Shown here in pieces: positions 9,971-18,865 of a DNA stretch of 57,154 nt. Numbering within the stretch: position 1 is the stretch's first letter; the number at the start of each line of letters is the position of its first letter. The stretch comes from an uncultured Aeromicrobium sp. (GTDB lineage Bacteria > Actinomycetota > Actinomycetes > Propionibacteriales > Nocardioidaceae). The translations under genes were made by a program, and so were the position numbers. The notes below the pieces were generated by a model. The model worked only from the letters and a program-made list of their open reading frames with translations, searched no databases and was not told where the DNA came from. The DNA is taken from contig CAYXFT010000001.1 in NCBI GenBank assembly GCA_964464335.1, positions 260-57,413 of the forward strand. Direction: 5' to 3'.

Positions 9971-10384
9971 ATGACGCGAGAGCTCCCGGGCACCGCCCTC
10001 GAAGACCCCACGGTCGGAGGCGGACCGCACACGGCCTACCAAGCACTGCTCGCGCAGGACGTCCTCGGCTTCCAGGCCTGCGGATCCTGCTCCGGTGCGG
10101 TGTTCCCGCCCCGGGGTCGGTGCTCGCACTGCGGCGCCGAGGCACTGAGCTGGCGGGCCTCCGCCGGACGCGGCACCGTCTACTCGACCACCGTCCTCGC
10201 GCCGCGCGACAAGCCGACCTATGCCGTGGTGCTGGTCGACCTCGACGAGGGCTACCGGATGATGTCGCGCATCGTCGAGGCCGACGCCGAGACGATCGCG
10301 ATCGATGACCGCGTCGCCGTCCGCTTCCAGCCCCACGGCGACGAAGTCCTGCCGATGTTCGCCCCCGACGGAGGTTCCCGATGA
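9971..10384 (+). CDS. DUF35 Zn-ribbon/OB-fold protein
   Basis: CGSC-x10-CSHC, GRGTVYSTT, VDLDEGYRMMS. Confidence 0.92.
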   Translation: MTRELPGTALEDPTVGGGPHTAYQALLAQDVLGFQACGSCSGAVFPPRGRCSHCGAEALSWRASAGRGTVYSTTVLAPRDKPTYAVVLVDLDEGYRMMSRIVEADAETIAIDDRVAVRFQPHGDEVLPMFAPDGGSR

Positions 10385-11547
10385 GCCACGAACGCAGCCT
10401 GCGCGGCCGCACCGCCATCGTCGGCATCGCCGAGTCGGACCTCGGCGAGGTCGGCCCCGGCGTCACGGCGCTCGACCTCACCGAGCAGGCCGCAGGCCGC
10501 GCGCTCGACGACGCCGGCCTGACGATCGCGGACGTCGACGCGGTGTTCTCGCACTCGGCCTTCTACCCCATGCCAACGGTGGCGCTGGCTGAACGCATGG
10601 GCATCCGGCCCCGCTACAGCGACAGCACCGCGACCGGCGGCAGCTCGTTCCTGGCGCACCTGCGGCACGCGACCGCGGCGATCGAGGCCGGCCTGTGCGA
10701 CGTCGCACTGATCGCCTACGGCAGCAACCAACGTTCGGCGTCCGGCGGGCTGATCTCGTCGGGCCAGAACCACATCCCGTCGTACGAGACGCCTTTCGGC
10801 GCGCGCCTGCCGGTCTCGGCCTACGCACTCGCGGCCGCTCGCCACATGCACCAGTTCGGCACGACTCGCGAGCACCTGGCCGAGGTCGCGGTGTCCGCGC
10901 GGCGATGGGCCCAGCTGAACCCCCGAGCCTTCGAACAGGGCGACCTGACCATCGACGACGTGCTCGGTGCACGCATGGTGTCGTCACCGCTGACCGTGCG
11001 CGACTGCTGCCTCGTGACCGATGGCGGCGGGGCCGTCGTGGTCACGTCCGCCGAGCGGGCGCGCGACCTACCGAAGCCGCCGGTCTACTACCTCGGTGCC
11101 GCCGAGGCGCACTGGCACATGAGCATCTCGCAGCTGCCGGACCTCACCGTGACCGCGGCGTCGGAGACGGGACCGCGCGCGTTCGACCTGGCCGGGCTGA
11201 CGCCGGCCGACGTGGATGCCGTCGAGCTCTACGACGCCTTCACGATCAACACGCTCCTGTTCCTCGAGGACCTCGGCTTCTGCGCGAAGGGCGAGGCGGG
11301 CGACTTCGTCAGCGGCGGCGGCATCGCACCGGGCGGCCACCTGCCGGTCAACACGAATGGCGGCGGGCTCTCCTACTGCCACCCCGGCATGTACGGCATC
11401 TTCACGCTGATCGAATCGACGCGACAGTTGCGCGGCGAAGCCGGCGATCGCCAGGTCGACGACGCCCACGTCGCCCTCGCGCACGGCAACGGTGGCATGC
11501 TGTCGAGCCAGGTGACGCTGCTTCTCGGCGACGCATCCACGCTGTGA
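10381..11547 (+). CDS. SCP2/Ltp2-type thiolase-fold protein lacking the nucleophilic Cys
   Basis: TGGSS at the Cys position, DCCLVTDGG, ELYDAFT, VNTNGGGLSYCHPG. Confidence 0.9.
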   Translation: MSHERSLRGRTAIVGIAESDLGEVGPGVTALDLTEQAAGRALDDAGLTIADVDAVFSHSAFYPMPTVALAERMGIRPRYSDSTATGGSSFLAHLRHATAAIEAGLCDVALIAYGSNQRSASGGLISSGQNHIPSYETPFGARLPVSAYALAAARHMHQFGTTREHLAEVAVSARRWAQLNPRAFEQGDLTIDDVLGARMVSSPLTVRDCCLVTDGGGAVVVTSAERARDLPKPPVYYLGAAEAHWHMSISQLPDLTVTAASETGPRAFDLAGLTPADVDAVELYDAFTINTLLFLEDLGFCAKGEAGDFVSGGGIAPGGHLPVNTNGGGLSYCHPGMYGIFTLIESTRQLRGEAGDRQVDDAHVALAHGNGGMLSSQVTLLLGDASTL

Positions 11548-11560
11548 GGGGGTCGGACCG

Positions 11561-12205
11561 ATGACCACCCAGACCGGATCGGACGAGACCTGTCTGGTCC
11601 GGCTCCGTCAGCTCGTGCTGACCGGGGTGCTGCTGCCCGGCGAGAAGATCAACCAGGCCGAGATCGCCGAACGTCTCGGAGTGAGTCGGGTGCCGGTGCG
11701 CGAGGCACTGGCGTCGCTGCGCGCCGAGGGGCTGGTCGAGGCACGCCCCAACACGGGTTACACGGTCGTGCGACCGACGGTCGAGGACCTCGCCGAGATC
11801 TACCAGATGCGGGCGCTGCTCGAGGACGCCCTGCTCGCGACCGTCGATCTCGGCACCGTCGACGTCCCAGCGCTGCGCGAACTGAACGCCCGGCTCGCCG
11901 GGCTCGACCCGGTGACCCAGTTCGCCGAGTACCGCGAGGTCAACGAGGCCTTCCACTTCGCGATCTTCGACGCGTCCCCCCAGCGCATGGTGCGCCGCCA
12001 GGTGACCCAACTGTGGACGCTGTCCGAGTTCTACCGCTCGCTCTACATCCGCACCGACACGGCCCACCGCCGGGTCGTCGACGACCACGTCCGCATCACC
12101 GAGGCGATCGCCGCCGGCGACCGGGATGCCGTCATCGCGCTCAGCGCGGAGCACCGCGCCGAGACCCGGGAGTGGCTGGGTCAGGTCCTCTCCCGTCGCG
12201 CCTGA
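11561..12205 (+). CDS. GntR-family regulator (short FCD, VanR-like)
   Basis: LGVSRVPVREAL HTH; NEAFH and DH FCD motifs. Confidence 0.92.
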   Translation: MTTQTGSDETCLVRLRQLVLTGVLLPGEKINQAEIAERLGVSRVPVREALASLRAEGLVEARPNTGYTVVRPTVEDLAEIYQMRALLEDALLATVDLGTVDVPALRELNARLAGLDPVTQFAEYREVNEAFHFAIFDASPQRMVRRQVTQLWTLSEFYRSLYIRTDTAHRRVVDDHVRITEAIAAGDRDAVIALSAEHRAETREWLGQVLSRRA

Positions 12206-12225
12206 GGTTCGACCGCGCGGCGGTG

Positions 12226-12855
12226 TCAGCGCCGGCCGATGGCGTCGATGACGTCCTGGGTGGTGGTGATGGTCGCGAGGGCGGGCAGGATCACGCGGAA
12301 CGTCATCTCGTGGACCTCGGCGGTGGTCGCCGCGGTGGCGTCCTCGGGGATCACGACGGGCAGTCCGCGGTTGACGGCCTCGACCGCGGAGCCCGGGATG
12401 GCGATGTTGACCGAGATGCCGACGAGGACGACGGTGTCGACGTCGCGCTCACGCAGGGCGGCACCGAGACCGCTGCGAAAGAACGACGTCATGGCGGTGC
12501 GGCGGGGGAACCGGAGGTCGCCCTCCTGCGGAGTGAGGCCCGGGTGGATCTCGGGCAACGGGGTGCCGGCCTTGAACTCACCGCGCTTGACCGTGACCGC
12601 CGCGAGCGGCGAGGCGATGTCGAAGCCCTCGTAGTTCTCGGCAGGCTCGATCGTCGCGTGGGCGACCGGCAGTCCGGCGGCACGGAAGGCGTCGGCGAGT
12701 GCCGCGATCTTGCCGACGATGTCGCGCTCCTCAGCCTGCTGGGCCAGGCCGCTCATGGTGGTGGCGTACTCCGGGTTGATCAGGCCGTTCTGGCACTCCG
12801 AGATCAGCAGGACGGGACGACGGCCGGCACCGATCCAGCGGTCGAGGCCGCTCAT
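12226..12855 (-). CDS. Isochorismatase/cysteine-hydrolase fold protein with atypical active site
   Basis: LLISECQNG, FRAAGLPV, SFFRSGL, VLVGISVNIAI, VIPEDATA; GGAGGC-like context, ATGA overlap. Confidence 0.85.
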   Translation of the reverse strand: MSGLDRWIGAGRRPVLLISECQNGLINPEYATTMSGLAQQAEERDIVGKIAALADAFRAAGLPVAHATIEPAENYEGFDIASPLAAVTVKRGEFKAGTPLPEIHPGLTPQEGDLRFPRRTAMTSFFRSGLGAALRERDVDTVVLVGISVNIAIPGSAVEAVNRGLPVVIPEDATAATTAEVHEMTFRVILPALATITTTQDVIDAIGRR

Positions 12856-13316
12856 GCCTCGTCCGCCGTTCCGCGGGCGGCCTCGTGCTTGTCGAGCCAG
12901 CCACCGGGTGTGCGGCCCTCGAGCTGGAGGAGCCGGTGGTGGATCTGCCACGCCGAACCGTCGTGGCGGAGCACGTCGCGGTAGCGCCCCCAATGGTCCG
13001 GACCGGTGTCGGTGATGGCCAGGAAGTAGCCGGTCGTGCGAGCTTCGCTCGGTCCGTCCAGCTCGATGTGGATGCTCGACAGGTGATGCCGCAGGTACGG
13101 CTCGGCCATGAACGCGCGGGCACTGCGCCCGGCCTTCTCGAAGTAGGCGCGGATCTCATCGCGGCCCCGGCATGCGGCATCGCCGGTGGGCTCCATGAGG
13201 GCGTCCGGGGCGAACAGCTCGAGCATCCTCTCGGTGCGCCCACGGTCCGCGCACTGCACGTACTCGATCAACAGGGCGCGGATCTCTTCGCGGGCGATCG
13301 CCTCGGACTCCAGCAT
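12852..13316 (-). CDS. SnoaL/NTF2-like protein
   Basis: EEIRALL..Y...AD, LFAPDA, GRDEI, RHHLSS, GRYRD, WQI pattern. Confidence 0.88.
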   Translation of the reverse strand: MLESEAIAREEIRALLIEYVQCADRGRTERMLELFAPDALMEPTGDAACRGRDEIRAYFEKAGRSARAFMAEPYLRHHLSSIHIELDGPSEARTTGYFLAITDTGPDHWGRYRDVLRHDGSAWQIHHRLLQLEGRTPGGWLDKHEAARGTADEA

Positions 13317-13351
13317 CGGATCTCACCTCTCGGGACCATGTCCGGTTAAAT

Positions 13352-13372
13352 ATAGTAATTATGATACTACTC
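13352..13372. promoter_or_regulatory. Shared cluster motif copy 3 (candidate operator) in the SnoaL/LLM divergent region
   Basis: ATAGTAATTATGATACTACTC. Confidence 0.65.
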
Positions 13373-13400
13373 AGATGTTCCCGACAGAAGCGAGGCGGCC

Positions 13401-14243
13401 ATGCACATCGGCATCATGATGTTCTCCACCGACCAGACGGTGGCGCCGGCCCCGCTGGCCCGCATGATCGCCGACCGTGGCTTCGAGGCGATGTTCCTGC
13501 CTGAACACAGCCACATCCCGGCCACGCGCATGACGCCCTACCCGCGCGGCGGGGACCTGCCGCCTGAGTACTACCGCACGTTCGACATGTTCGTCGGGCT
13601 TGCCGCCGCGGCTGTCGCGGCCCCGAGTCTGACCATCGGTACCGGCATCACCGTCGTCCCGCAGCACGACCCCATCTACTTGGCCAAGCAGGTCGCAAGC
13701 CTGGACCACGTCTCCGAGGGTCGACTCATCTTCGGCATCGGCTACGGCTGGAACCAGGACGAGCTCGAACACCACGGCGTGCCGTACAAGAAGCGCCGCG
13801 CGCTCACCCGAGAGAAGATGCTCGCGATCCGCCGTCTCTGGACGGACGAGTTGGCCTCGTTCGAGGGCGAGTACGTCAACTTCTCCCCCTCGTACCTGTG
13901 GCCCAAGCCGGTCCAGCCGGGCGGTCCTCCGGTGGTCATCGGCGGCATCGGCGGCCCCAAGTTGTTCGAGCACATCGCGGAGTACGCCGACGGCTGGGCG
14001 CCGATCGGGCCACGAACGATCATGGAGGGCCTGCCGGTCCTGCAGAAGGCATTCGAGGATGCCGGGCGCGACCCGGCCTCCATCCGGCTGCACGCGTTCG
14101 ACAGCCGCAGCGAGCCGAGCCTCGTCGAGCACTACGCGAGCCTGGGTGTCGAGCGTCTCGTGATCAACATCCAGCCGTACGACACGGACGAACTCGAGAA
14201 GGTCCTCGACGAGCTGGCGCCCCTGAACGACCTCGTTCGCTGA
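13401..14243 (+). CDS. LLM-class probable F420-dependent oxidoreductase (Rv2161c-like)
   Basis: PEHSHIP, DPIYLAKQVASLD, GIGYGWN..E, PKPVQ, YADGW. Confidence 0.9.
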   Translation: MHIGIMMFSTDQTVAPAPLARMIADRGFEAMFLPEHSHIPATRMTPYPRGGDLPPEYYRTFDMFVGLAAAAVAAPSLTIGTGITVVPQHDPIYLAKQVASLDHVSEGRLIFGIGYGWNQDELEHHGVPYKKRRALTREKMLAIRRLWTDELASFEGEYVNFSPSYLWPKPVQPGGPPVVIGGIGGPKLFEHIAEYADGWAPIGPRTIMEGLPVLQKAFEDAGRDPASIRLHAFDSRSEPSLVEHYASLGVERLVINIQPYDTDELEKVLDELAPLNDLVR

Positions 14244-14258
14244 CGCACCCGCTCGGCG

Positions 14259-14293
14259 GCAGGAGTCCGGACCGACACGGTCCGGGCTCCTGC
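14259..14293. terminator. Hairpin between convergent genes, probable bidirectional terminator
   Basis: GCAGGAGTCCGGACCG-ACA-CGGTCCGGGCTCCTGC, 16-bp stem with one G-T pair. Confidence 0.75.
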
Positions 14294-14303
14294 GCGTGTC
14301 GGG

Positions 14304-15032
14304 TCAGCTGGCCGTGTGCCCGCCGTCGACGACGAACTCGGCGCCGGTGACGAACGACGCCTCGTCGCTGGCCAGGAACACGATCACGTTCGCGACCTCC
14401 TCGGCGGTGCCCAACCGGCCCGACGGGGTCTGCCGCTCGATCCGATCGCGATGGTCCTTCAGCAGCGGCGTGTCGATGAAGCCGGGGTGCACCGAGTTCA
14501 CCCGCACGCCGTCGGGCCACCACGCGATCGCAGTGTTCTTCGTCAGCAGCCGCACCGCGCCCTTCGCGGCGTGGTACGCGGGACTGCCGCCCGTACCGCC
14601 GACCAGTCCGTAGACCGAGCTGATGTTGACGACCGACCCGTGGCCGCTGGCGTGGAGGGCGGCGCTCGCAGCCTTCGTGCCGAGGAACACACTGGTCTGA
14701 CTGAGCTCGATGACCCGGTCCCAGACCTCCTTGGAGGTCTCCTCGATCTTCTCGTAGTGCCCGCCGCCTGCGTTGTTCACGAGGATGTCGAGCCGGCCGA
14801 AGCGCTCGAGGGTCGCATCGATGGCCTCGGCCCACTCCTGCTCGTCCGTCACGTCGAGGTGGACGTAGTGCGCGGCGTCGCCCCACGCTGCGACCCGCTC
14901 GAGGCCGAGATCGTCCTGGATGTCCGCGATCACGACCGAACCTCCCTCGTCGACGATGCGCTGTGCGGTCGCGGCGCCGATGCCGCTCGCCCCTCCCGTG
15001 ATCAGTGCGACGCGGTCGCTGAAGCGGTCCAT
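14304..15032 (-). CDS. SDR family oxidoreductase (cyclic alcohol/hydroxysteroid dehydrogenase-like)
   Basis: TGGASGIG, NNAG, YHAAK, RVNSVHPG; AGGAGG RBS. Confidence 0.93.
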   Translation of the reverse strand: MDRFSDRVALITGGASGIGAATAQRIVDEGGSVVIADIQDDLGLERVAAWGDAAHYVHLDVTDEQEWAEAIDATLERFGRLDILVNNAGGGHYEKIEETSKEVWDRVIELSQTSVFLGTKAASAALHASGHGSVVNISSVYGLVGGTGGSPAYHAAKGAVRLLTKNTAIAWWPDGVRVNSVHPGFIDTPLLKDHRDRIERQTPSGRLGTAEEVANVIVFLASDEASFVTGAEFVVDGGHTAS

Positions 15033-15067
15033 GGTGTCCTCCTGATGGTGGCGCATGAGTGGTATTT

Positions 15068-15097
15068 ATGAATATAGTAGTGATGAATGTAGGTCAA
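15068..15097. promoter_or_regulatory. Divergent promoter region with two ATGAATRTA boxes
   Basis: ATGAATATA (15068-15076) and ATGAATGTA (15083-15091) beside TTGACC on minus strand (15097-15092). Confidence 0.5.
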
Positions 15098-15114
15098 CGA
15101 GAGAACGGCGACTG

Positions 15115-16284
15115 GTGGACAACCTCAATGGATCGGCAGTCATCGTCGGAGCGTACGAGCACCCGGGCCGCCGGCTTCCCGGTCACACGCTGGCCGGCGT
15201 CCACCGTGAGGTCCTGGCAGGCGCGCTCGCGGACGCAGGACTGACCTTGGCCGACGTCGACGGCTTCTTCACCGACTCGACCGCGCCAGGGCTCGGCGTC
15301 ATCGACCTGATGCAGCACCTGGGCCTGCGCTGTACCTACAGCGAGGCGTCCGAGATGGGCGGCTCGAGTTACGTCGCCTACGTCGGCCACGCCGCCGCGG
15401 CGATCGCGGCCGGCAAGTGTCGCGTCGCCGTCATCTCGCTGGCCGGCCTACCGGCCCAGCGCCAGAAGGTCTCGCCGCCCGACACCCCGGCACCGGCCGC
15501 CGCCTTCCAGATCAACGGCTACGGCGGCGGCTACGGCCCGGTCGCCGACTACGCCCTGCTGGCCCGCCGTCACATGTACGAATTCGGTACGACCTCCGAG
15601 CAGCTCGCCTGGATCAAGGTCGCGTCGTCGCGTCATGCGGTCCACAACCCGCATGCGTTCCTGCGCGACGAGGTGACGGTCGACGACGTTCTCGGCTCGT
15701 CGCTGATCGCCGACCCCCTCCACAAGCTGGACTGCTGCGTCGTCACCGACGGTGGCGGTGCCCTCGTGGTCGTTCACCCCGACGTCGCTCGCGAGCTCGG
15801 CCGGACCGGAGCGGTGCTGCGCGGTCACGGCGAGAGTCACAAGGCGTCGTTCGCCGGCGAGGTCGACCTGACCTACAGCGCGATCCGCCGGTCCGGCGAG
15901 CTCGCCTTCGCCGAGGCCGGCATCGAGCCGAGCCGCATCCGGTACGCGTCGCTCTACGACTCCTTCACCGTCACGGTGCTCATGGCGCTCGAGGACCTCG
16001 GCTTCTGCGCCCGGGGCGAGGGCGGGAAGTTCGTCGAGGACGGCGCACTCGTCAGCGGCGTCGGCCCTCTCGCCGTCAACACCGACGGCGGCGGCCTGTC
16101 GAACAACCACCCGGGCAACCGCGGCGGCATGACCAAGGTGATCGAGGCCGTACGCCAGCTGCGTGGCGAGGCGCACCCGGCGGCACAGGTGCCCGACCTG
16201 GACTGGGCGGTCGCGTCCGGCACGGGCTTCCGCCTGTCGAACAACCACTACAGCTCGACGATCGTCCTGGAGCGTTTCTCGTGA
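15115..16284 (+). CDS. SCP2/Ltp2-type thiolase-fold protein lacking the nucleophilic Cys
   Basis: MGGSSY, DCCVVTDGGG, SLYDSFT, VNTDGGGLSNNHPG; GTG start approximate. Confidence 0.9.
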   Translation: MDNLNGSAVIVGAYEHPGRRLPGHTLAGVHREVLAGALADAGLTLADVDGFFTDSTAPGLGVIDLMQHLGLRCTYSEASEMGGSSYVAYVGHAAAAIAAGKCRVAVISLAGLPAQRQKVSPPDTPAPAAAFQINGYGGGYGPVADYALLARRHMYEFGTTSEQLAWIKVASSRHAVHNPHAFLRDEVTVDDVLGSSLIADPLHKLDCCVVTDGGGALVVVHPDVARELGRTGAVLRGHGESHKASFAGEVDLTYSAIRRSGELAFAEAGIEPSRIRYASLYDSFTVTVLMALEDLGFCARGEGGKFVEDGALVSGVGPLAVNTDGGGLSNNHPGNRGGMTKVIEAVRQLRGEAHPAAQVPDLDWAVASGTGFRLSNNHYSSTIVLERFS

Positions 16285-16712
16285 CCGAGTCCTACCCGTC
16301 CGGCCTGCCCACCCCGCGTCCGATCGTCGAGTCCGACACCCGTCCGTACTGGGACGCCGCCGAGCGCGGCGAACTGACCGTCCCCCACTGCCGAGCATGC
16401 GACCGGGCGTTCTGGTATCCCCGGGGGTTCTGCCCGCGGTGCGGCGGTACCGACGTCGACTGGCGCACGGCCTCCGGCCTCGGCGAGGTCTACAGCTTCT
16501 CGGTCGTCCGGCGGGCGGCCGAGCCGTGGGGCTCGCACACGCCGTTCGTGCTGGCCTACGTGACCCTCGACGAGGGCGTGACGGTGCAGGGCAACGTCGT
16601 CGACTGCTCGTCCGACCAGCTCGCCCCCGGGCTCCGCGTGCGTGCGGTGTTCGAGCGCCAGGACGCCGAGGAGCTTCCCGTCCTGCGGTTCTCCCCCACC
16701 GAAGAGGTCTGA
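16281..16712 (+). CDS. DUF35 Zn-ribbon/OB-fold protein
   Basis: PYWDAA, CRAC-x10-CPRC, GEVYSFSVV, LDEG; GTGA overlap. Confidence 0.92.
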   Translation: MTESYPSGLPTPRPIVESDTRPYWDAAERGELTVPHCRACDRAFWYPRGFCPRCGGTDVDWRTASGLGEVYSFSVVRRAAEPWGSHTPFVLAYVTLDEGVTVQGNVVDCSSDQLAPGLRVRAVFERQDAEELPVLRFSPTEEV

Positions 16713-16714
16713 CC

Positions 16715-18043
16715 ATGATCGACGTGCTGGACGAGATCGAGACTTGGGACCGCGACCGTCTGACCGCGCACGAGAACGAACTGCTCGTGAAGCAGCTCGA
16801 GCACGTCGCGCAGGGGTCGCGGTTCTACCGCGACAAGATGACCGCGACCGGGGTCGACCTGACGTCGATCCGCACCGTCGCCGACCTGCGGCGTCTCCCC
16901 TTCACCGAGAAGGAGGAGTTGCGCCGCAGCCTCAGCGAGCACCCGCCGCTCGGCGCGCACCTCGCGGTGCCGGTGACCGACCTGGCCCAGATCCAGGCCA
17001 CGTCGGGCACGAGCGGCACGCCCTCCTACTTCGGCCTGACCCACCACGACCTCGGGGTCTGGGGCACCGCCGGAGCCCGCGGCTTCTACGCCGCGGGCGT
17101 CCGTCCGGGTGATCTCGTGCTGCACGGGTGGGGCATGAGCAAGGGCTTCGCCGGCGGCGTCCCCGCCGTCCGGGTGCTCCAGCAGCTCGGATGCGTCGTC
17201 ATCCCGATCGGCGGCGAGGCCGGCGCCGAGCGGCTGCTGACCGTCGCGGCGGCGCTGAAGCCGACCGTGTTCTGCACCGGACCGAACTTCGCGCTCCACG
17301 CCGGTCGCATCGCGGACGAGGTGTTGGGTCGACCGGCTTCGACCCTCGGCGTCGAGCGCCTCGTGGTCGGGGGCGAGCCCGGCGGCGGCGTGCCGCAGAT
17401 CCGCTCGCAGATCGAGGAGATCTGGGGGGCCACCAGTTGCGAGACGCTGGGCAACTCCGACGTCGTCCCGATGGTGTTCGGCGAATGCCTCGAACGCGAC
17501 GGCATGCACTTCATCGCACAGGGCCTGGTCCACATCGAGCTGATCGATCCCGAGACGGGAGCGGACATCCCGTTCGAGGCGGGTGCGAGTGGCGAGCTCG
17601 TCCTCACGGCCCTCGACCGGCTGGCGTCCCCGCTGGTCCGCTTCCGCACCCGCGACCACCTCGAGGTGCTGTCGACCGAATGCTCCTGTGGGCGCACCGG
17701 ACCGCGCGTCCGCTGCGTCGGCCGCACCGACGACATGCTCATCGTGCGCGGCATCAACGTCTGGCCGTCCGCGATCCGCGAGATCGCCGTCGGCTTCCAG
17801 CCGCGCGTGACCGGCAACCTGCGAGTGATCGCCGACTTCGAGGGTCACTCCACGAAGCAGCGTCTGCACATCAGGGTGGAGCACGCACCCGCGCTGACGC
17901 CGGCCGAGGTCGCGTCGGTCGAGGACGAGCTGGAGCGCCGGATCACCCAGGTCCTGGCCTTCCGCCCGCGCCTCGAGCTGGTGCCGCCGGGTGTCCTGCC
18001 CGAGGCAGGCGTCAACAAGACCGCTCTGGTCGAGCGTCCCTGA
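16715..18043 (+). CDS. Phenylacetate-CoA ligase (PaaK) family protein
   Basis: LPFTEK, ATSGTSGTP, RFRTRD, CSCGRT, GRTDDMLIVRGINVWPS. Confidence 0.9.
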   Translation: MIDVLDEIETWDRDRLTAHENELLVKQLEHVAQGSRFYRDKMTATGVDLTSIRTVADLRRLPFTEKEELRRSLSEHPPLGAHLAVPVTDLAQIQATSGTSGTPSYFGLTHHDLGVWGTAGARGFYAAGVRPGDLVLHGWGMSKGFAGGVPAVRVLQQLGCVVIPIGGEAGAERLLTVAAALKPTVFCTGPNFALHAGRIADEVLGRPASTLGVERLVVGGEPGGGVPQIRSQIEEIWGATSCETLGNSDVVPMVFGECLERDGMHFIAQGLVHIELIDPETGADIPFEAGASGELVLTALDRLASPLVRFRTRDHLEVLSTECSCGRTGPRVRCVGRTDDMLIVRGINVWPSAIREIAVGFQPRVTGNLRVIADFEGHSTKQRLHIRVEHAPALTPAEVASVEDELERRITQVLAFRPRLELVPPGVLPEAGVNKTALVERP

Positions 18044-18070
18044 TCGACCACGTGGAGCCCGACGATGCCG

Positions 18071-18862
18071 TCAGCTCCACGTCCACTGCGGTGCGCGCTT
18101 CTCGCTGAAGGCGCGCATCGCCTCGGCCGAGTCGTCGAGGGCGCGCATCCGGGCCGTGTAGTCCTGCTCGGTGCGGTACTGCGCCTCCATCGTGCCGCCC
18201 TCGATCCGCAGGATCGACTCCTTGGCGAGCCGCATCGCGAGTGGGCTCTTGGTCGCGAAGACCTGGGCGATCTCGAGTGCGCGCGCGGCGGCCTCTCCTG
18301 CGGGGACGACCTCCTCGACGGCACCCAGACGGTGGAGCTCCCGAGCGGACTCGAACTCGCCGCCGAACAGCATCCTGCGGGCGCGATACGGGCCGAGCAT
18401 CCGGATCGCCTTGCTGGCCCCACCGAGCAGGCCGACGTTGATCTCGGTCAACGCGAACTTCGCCTGCTCCGACGCGACGATCAGGTCGCACACGCCGGCC
18501 AGGCCGAACCCGGCGCCGATCGCGTAGCCCTCGACCGCCGCGACGACCGGGACCGCGCAGTGGTGCACGGCGTGCTGGGCGCGCCGCCACTCGTGGCCGG
18601 CGTCCAGCGTGAGAGGGACCGGGCGGTCGTCGGCCGACGCGCTGCTCATCTCGGTCAGGTCGATGCCGGCGCAGAACGCCTTCTGACCCGAGCCGGTCAA
18701 CACCACCGCGTTGACCGTGCGGTCGTCGGAGAAGGACTCGAAGACCGTCGCGAGCTCGAGTTGCATCGTCCGGTTGACGGCGTTGACCGGGGGTCGGTCC
18801 AGTGTCACGACGGCCACGGCCCCGTCGTGGTCGATCGTCAGGGTCTCGAAGGTTTCACTCAT
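18071..18862 (-). CDS. Crotonase-family protein (EchA20-like)
   Basis: RPPVNA, FCAGID, GAGFGL, LTEINVG. Confidence 0.9.
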   Translation of the reverse strand: MSETFETLTIDHDGAVAVVTLDRPPVNAVNRTMQLELATVFESFSDDRTVNAVVLTGSGQKAFCAGIDLTEMSSASADDRPVPLTLDAGHEWRRAQHAVHHCAVPVVAAVEGYAIGAGFGLAGVCDLIVASEQAKFALTEINVGLLGGASKAIRMLGPYRARRMLFGGEFESARELHRLGAVEEVVPAGEAAARALEIAQVFATKSPLAMRLAKESILRIEGGTMEAQYRTEQDYTARMRALDDSAEAMRAFSEKRAPQWTWS

Positions 18863-18865
18863 GGC

